Shown piece by piece: positions 24,703 through 28,287 of a DNA stretch of 28,287 bases. A program made the translations under genes and the position numbers. A model generated the notes under the pieces. It did no database searches, was not told where the DNA came from, and worked only from the letters and a program-made list of their open reading frames with translations. Position 1 is the stretch's first letter; each line of letters opens with the position of its first letter. The stretch spans positions 1 through 28,287 of IMG/VR virus record IMGVR_UViG_3300016666_000388; one strand, given 5' to 3'. The stretch is from a virus (Duplodnaviria; Caudoviricetes).

Positions 24703-25824
24703 TTATCCTACTACAACAACTCTATATTCATTTGTTGTTGGTGCAGAAGCGAATTTAATTGTTACAACAGATGTAGATGTATGCTGAACATCTGCTTCAA
24801 TTTGATTGTAGTCTGCATTATTTTCAAATATTTGTACGGTTACATCTTTTGTACCCAAATTATGAGTTACTGTATAAGTTAAAGATGCGCCATCACCTAT
24901 GTTAGTCGCAAATTTACGTGCAATTGCATGATAATTTGAACCATCATTTGTTAAAGTCCAATTGTCGTCTGTTTCATTCCATGTTAATGAAACATCTGCT
25001 TCGTCGCCACGTTCAACTTTAATTCCTGCATTTGATGTTGGGGTTCCAGTTACATTGGTATTAAGAACAATAGTATTATCTTCAATATTTACTTCTGTTC
25101 TATTTATGGCATTTAATGTACCTTCAATATTTACATTACCGTCAACTTGCAAGTCACCTGTAATATGTCCACTTGCAGCAGTAATTTCTCCAGTTAAAGT
25201 TACATTATCTGGAAGACCTATTGTTACATCATTTCCAACTTTTGATACTTCTACTTCATCTGGAGTACCATAAAATGTTAAATTAGCTCCAGATATTTGA
25301 GAGTCTACGTAAGCTTTGTTAGCTGCATCTCCATCATTTGTTGGAGTAGCAACATAAATAATTTTATATCCATCAGCATCTAAATCTGAACCTAAACTTG
25401 ATCCAGATCCGATAACTTTATTAGTTAATGTTTGAGAATCTGATGTTCCTACAACATCTCCTGTTACTCCATGAACGCCTGATGTTAAATTATTATGATT
25501 ATTTATTGCATCAGTTAAGTCTTGTGGGTTTACAGATATTTGTATCCAAGAAGTACCGTTATCTATGTATAATGTTTGTGTATCTGTAGCTACATATAAA
25601 ATTCCGCCTTTTGATGCGGCTGGTCTACTTGCTAATGTTCCATATTTTGTTGCACCACCAGCAATCCATTGTGTTCCATCATAGAATCGTGTTTCTTTTG
25701 CTGATGTATTGTAATAAATCTGACCTGCGACTGGCGAAGACGGGTCGGAAGACAGATTTTGTAATCTAGCATTTAGCAACTCATTTTTATTGAGATCTAA
25801 GCTAACTGTAAATTTTCTTGCCAT
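24703..25824 (-). CDS. Tail fibre-like structural protein
   Basis: GQIYYNTSAKETRFYDGTQW, PTNDGDAANKAYVD, AGIKVERG and a C-terminal THNLGTKDVTVQ domain. Confidence 0.75.
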   Translation of the reverse strand: MARKFTVSLDLNKNELLNARLQNLSSDPSSPVAGQIYYNTSAKETRFYDGTQWIAGGATKYGTLASRPAASKGGILYVATDTQTLYIDNGTSWIQISVNPQDLTDAINNHNNLTSGVHGVTGDVVGTSDSQTLTNKVIGSGSSLGSDLDADGYKIIYVATPTNDGDAANKAYVDSQISGANLTFYGTPDEVEVSKVGNDVTIGLPDNVTLTGEITAASGHITGDLQVDGNVNIEGTLNAINRTEVNIEDNTIVLNTNVTGTPTSNAGIKVERGDEADVSLTWNETDDNWTLTNDGSNYHAIARKFATNIGDGASLTYTVTHNLGTKDVTVQIFENNADYNQIEADVQHTSTSVVTIKFASAPTTNEYRVVVVG

Positions 25825-25837
25825 TCTTTATTCTCCT

Positions 25838-26293
25838 TTATGACAAATATGCTGTTCCCGAAAAGGGTTGCGCCATCGTCAGTGTTATTGTATTTAAATC
25901 ATCATACTCGATTCCTGTTTCTACAACATCTCCAGAGCTGTCTTTAATTGTTATGTTTGGATAGAAATTAAGATTATGATTTAGCTGTACAGAATATATG
26001 CCATCTGTTGGGCCAGAAACTTGAGCAAGTTCCCATGACATATACTTAGCGTAATCAGAGGCAGCATTATTTAGTAAATAATTTTGTGCTCCTGCCCAAG
26101 TTATATCAGAAAGTTTTGGACCATAAAATCTTGTGGTATTAATATCATAATAAAAGTCTCCCTCTAATCCTAAATTATTTGCTGGAGATCCTGTTCCATT
26201 AAGTATAGTTTTTCCTCTAGGTCCTTGAATACCTGTTGTTGATACTATAACTTTATTGGTAGTTTCTTTTACTATTACTTTTTCATTAGCCAC
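25838..26293 (-). CDS. Virion structural protein with a short GxQGPRG motif
   Basis: GIQGPRG...GTGSPANNLGLEGDFYYD and a C-terminal NHNLNFYP domain. Confidence 0.65.
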   Translation of the reverse strand: MANEKVIVKETTNKVIVSTTGIQGPRGKTILNGTGSPANNLGLEGDFYYDINTTRFYGPKLSDITWAGAQNYLLNNAASDYAKYMSWELAQVSGPTDGIYSVQLNHNLNFYPNITIKDSSGDVVETGIEYDDLNTITLTMAQPFSGTAYLS

Positions 26294-26643
26294 TAGATAG
26301 TCACCGACCTACTCAAAGTTAAAAAGCCTTCCAAAAGTTTGATACGATTACTATTTGAATCAATTATCATAACATCATAAGATGATTTTGGATAAAATAA
26401 TTTGCTTGTTTGAGTAGGGGTAGCTTTAATTGTTAAAAGTCCATTAGGACCATCAATTGTAATTCCACCTGTTGGGGAAGTAAGAGTAAATGCTAATTTA
26501 CTTCCACCTTTTGTATCTCTAACCTGCATTTTTGCAGATGCACCAGTTAAGTCGATAGGTGTTACCTCATCGTCCTGAGTATACTGGATCTGGAAAGTAA
26601 AAGTTGTATTATGATCTACTTCCCAATTTTTTTGTACTGCCAT
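26293..26643 (-). CDS. Beta-sandwich virion protein (BppU-N-like fibre anchor)
   Basis: PIDLTGASAKMQVR...YDVMI...KLLEGFLTL, a pattern often seen at the start of fibre gene blocks. Confidence 0.65.
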   Translation of the reverse strand: MAVQKNWEVDHNTTFTFQIQYTQDDEVTPIDLTGASAKMQVRDTKGGSKLAFTLTSPTGGITIDGPNGLLTIKATPTQTSKLFYPKSSYDVMIIDSNSNRIKLLEGFLTLSRSVTI

Positions 26644-26659
26644 TTACCGAAAATCTCCT

Positions 26660-26698
26660 AAATAGGAAAACTCCTATGCTCATTTTAGCACAGGAGTT
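26660..26698 (-). terminator. Terminator-like hairpin containing an extended -10 element
   Basis: CTCCTGTGCT-AAAATG-AGCATAGGAG followed by TTTTCCTATTT; TGCTAAAAT at 26690-26682. Confidence 0.55.
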
Positions 26699-26717
26699 AT
26701 TCCAACTAGTTAACTAA

Positions 26718-26918
26718 TTACTTATCTTTCTTAAATCCAAATTCCTGATTACTTGGGCTTAATGCCTTAAGAATAACTGGAGCTACTGCTGCAACTCCAG
26801 CTGCAATCAAATCTTTTGGATCGGTATTGCCTGTCATGTATAGAGCCATTGCTGCTGACAAAAATGCTCTTCCGTATGTTCCTAGTGCTGCTAGTGCTTG
26901 TTCAATATATGTATTCAT
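26718..26918 (-). CDS. Small membrane protein, holin-like
   Basis: 66 aa with two hydrophobic segments, a basic C-terminus and an AAGGAG SD. Confidence 0.55.
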   Translation of the reverse strand: MNTYIEQALAALGTYGRAFLSAAMALYMTGNTDPKDLIAAGVAAVAPVILKALSPSNQEFGFKKDK

Positions 26919-26949
26919 ATTTCTCCTTTTGGGCTACTTGCCCTATCTT

Positions 26950-26958
26950 ATTATACTA
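26950..26958 (-). promoter_or_regulatory. -10 element (TATAAT) directly after the RNR stop codon
   Basis: TAG-TATAAT-AA, the same arrangement as at 10143-10133. Confidence 0.5.
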
Positions 26959-28287
26959 CGCTGATATATCTACTATTTCGCAATTACCATCTGAGGTGCA
27001 TGCTAAAGTTTGAGTTCCGCTTGTTCCATCTTCTGTTTCATAAAAAGATAAATCTTCCCAGCGAATTGATGATGGCATTTTTGCAAGAAGTTCTAAATAT
27101 TCAGTTTCAGTAACTTCTTGATAAGGTGCTTGCTTATATGAATGATCTGAATGTGGTAAAAAAGAAATACCTGATACTTCATCAAAATGCTTCCATACCC
27201 ATGCACCTACATCCATCCATTCGTCTTCTTTTACAGATACCGTAATTGATGGCTTATGTTCACACCATGCTCTTTGATAAACAAGCCAGGTATTAAGATG
27301 TTCAATAGCTGTTAAATCATTTCTAACAATGGCTCCTTCGGGAGCTTTTACTGGAAATGAAAATACATATGTATCATTAGGTTTCATAAAGTCATCTTCG
27401 TATGGAATTCCAACTTCTTTAAGAAATGTTGAAAGTGGATCTTTTTTATCACCACGAACTGTACGAATATAATATGGAGAATGCCATGCATGCATTCCAG
27501 ATGAAACTCCAACAAGTTGTGAAACTGTTCCTGAAGGTTTTACACATGTAATTGCTGAAGATTCATTAATGCCAATTTTTTCTGCTTCTTCTTTATTGAT
27601 TTCACGAGCATATTCACGAAGTTGAGATAATACTTCTTCGAGCTTTTTAATATCTTGTTTTCCTGAAAAAAACTTGTTACCAAATTGTCCAGTTAAAGAT
27701 ACACCCAATAATCGTTCTTCTTCTGTATTGTCTTTCCAAATTTTACGAAGATATTTAAAATCAGTTAATGTTGATTGCCACGTCCCAAGAATTGTAGCAA
27801 GTCGTACTTTTTTTGCAACATCTTCAACTGTATCTTTTTCACGTAATACGACTTCTGAAAGATTACAAAATTGATAAGGGCGGAGAATGATTTCGGAGCA
27901 AGGATTTGTTCCATAATGTATTTCTGGATCTCTTCTTCCCCATCTTGCTGCTTGTTTTTGTGCTGCTGCGACATTATATATTCCACGTTCTCCTGATTTT
28001 GAGTCATATAAATTTTTCCATTCTGCTATAAATTGTTCCATCTCTGGTTTGCGAGAATATGCAACTGAATTATTTGATAGTGCACGTTGTGAATTATTTT
28101 CCCACCAATTGCCAGATTTTGCTGATGCCATTTCAATATCATTAATATTTGAAAGAGAAATCATTGCTGAACGACGAACTCCACCAACTACAACAATTTC
28201 TCCAATTTTGCACATTATGTCATGAGCTTCAATAGGTTTTAATTGACGACCTGATGCCGATTTAAATTTTGCAATTGTAAAATCAAA
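26956..28287 (-). CDS. nrdJ: Class II adenosylcobalamin-dependent ribonucleotide reductase (monomeric RTPR type), 5' end beyond the window
   Basis: VVVGGVRRSA, GTNPCSEI (catalytic Cys), TCVKPSGTVSQL, WCEHKPSITV and C-terminal ACTSDGNCE. The frame stays open to the window edge (FDFTIAKFKSASGRQLKPIEAHDIMC). Confidence 0.92.
   Translation of the reverse strand, partial: FDFTIAKFKSASGRQLKPIEAHDIMCKIGEIVVVGGVRRSAMISLSNINDIEMASAKSGNWWENNSQRALSNNSVAYSRKPEMEQFIAEWKNLYDSKSGERGIYNVAAAQKQAARWGRRDPEIHYGTNPCSEIILRPYQFCNLSEVVLREKDTVEDVAKKVRLATILGTWQSTLTDFKYLRKIWKDNTEEERLLGVSLTGQFGNKFFSGKQDIKKLEEVLSQLREYAREINKEEAEKIGINESSAITCVKPSGTVSQLVGVSSGMHAWHSPYYIRTVRGDKKDPLSTFLKEVGIPYEDDFMKPNDTYVFSFPVKAPEGAIVRNDLTAIEHLNTWLVYQRAWCEHKPSITVSVKEDEWMDVGAWVWKHFDEVSGISFLPHSDHSYKQAPYQEVTETEYLELLAKMPSSIRWEDLSFYETEDGTSGTQTLACTSDGNCEIVDISA

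Noticed and set aside
8-27874. All plus-strand ORFs in the track (for example 5118..5690, 1391..1714, 24962..25273)
   Set aside because: They are antisense to well-supported minus-strand genes and carry no recognisable motifs.
26956-28287. Intron or intein in nrdJ
   Set aside because: The visible portion is continuous, with normally spaced motifs.
1-28287. tRNA, rRNA, integrase or transposase
   Set aside because: Intergenic gaps are short and explained by other elements, and no such motifs were recognised.

Overview
This is an AT-rich tailed-phage (siphovirus-like) late region, and every credible gene is on the minus strand. Read in transcription order (right to left), it contains: the 3' part of a class II B12-dependent ribonucleotide reductase; a small holin-like membrane protein; a chain of eight virion/fibre genes; an FN3-FN3-(FFxPPx)13-Hint protein; ten closely packed modification-type genes; a LamG protein; a hypothetical gene; portal; prohead protease with a nested scaffold; HK97-fold capsid; head-tail joining genes; and the start of the major tail protein. 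The ten modification-type genes are one sulfotransferase, one Asp/Asn beta-hydroxylase-like enzyme, six prolyl-4-hydroxylase-like 2OG-Fe(II) oxygenases and two DUF6065-like proteins. The main candidate new system is an apparent single operon (about 21241 to 10141). It couples a tail fibre and a proline/phenylalanine repeat protein ending in a non-canonical Hint domain to these hydroxylases and the sulfotransferase, which suggests a phage-encoded post-translational modification or RiPP-like pathway. Family assignments come from motif recognition by eye, not from database searches. An actinobacterial host is an inference.
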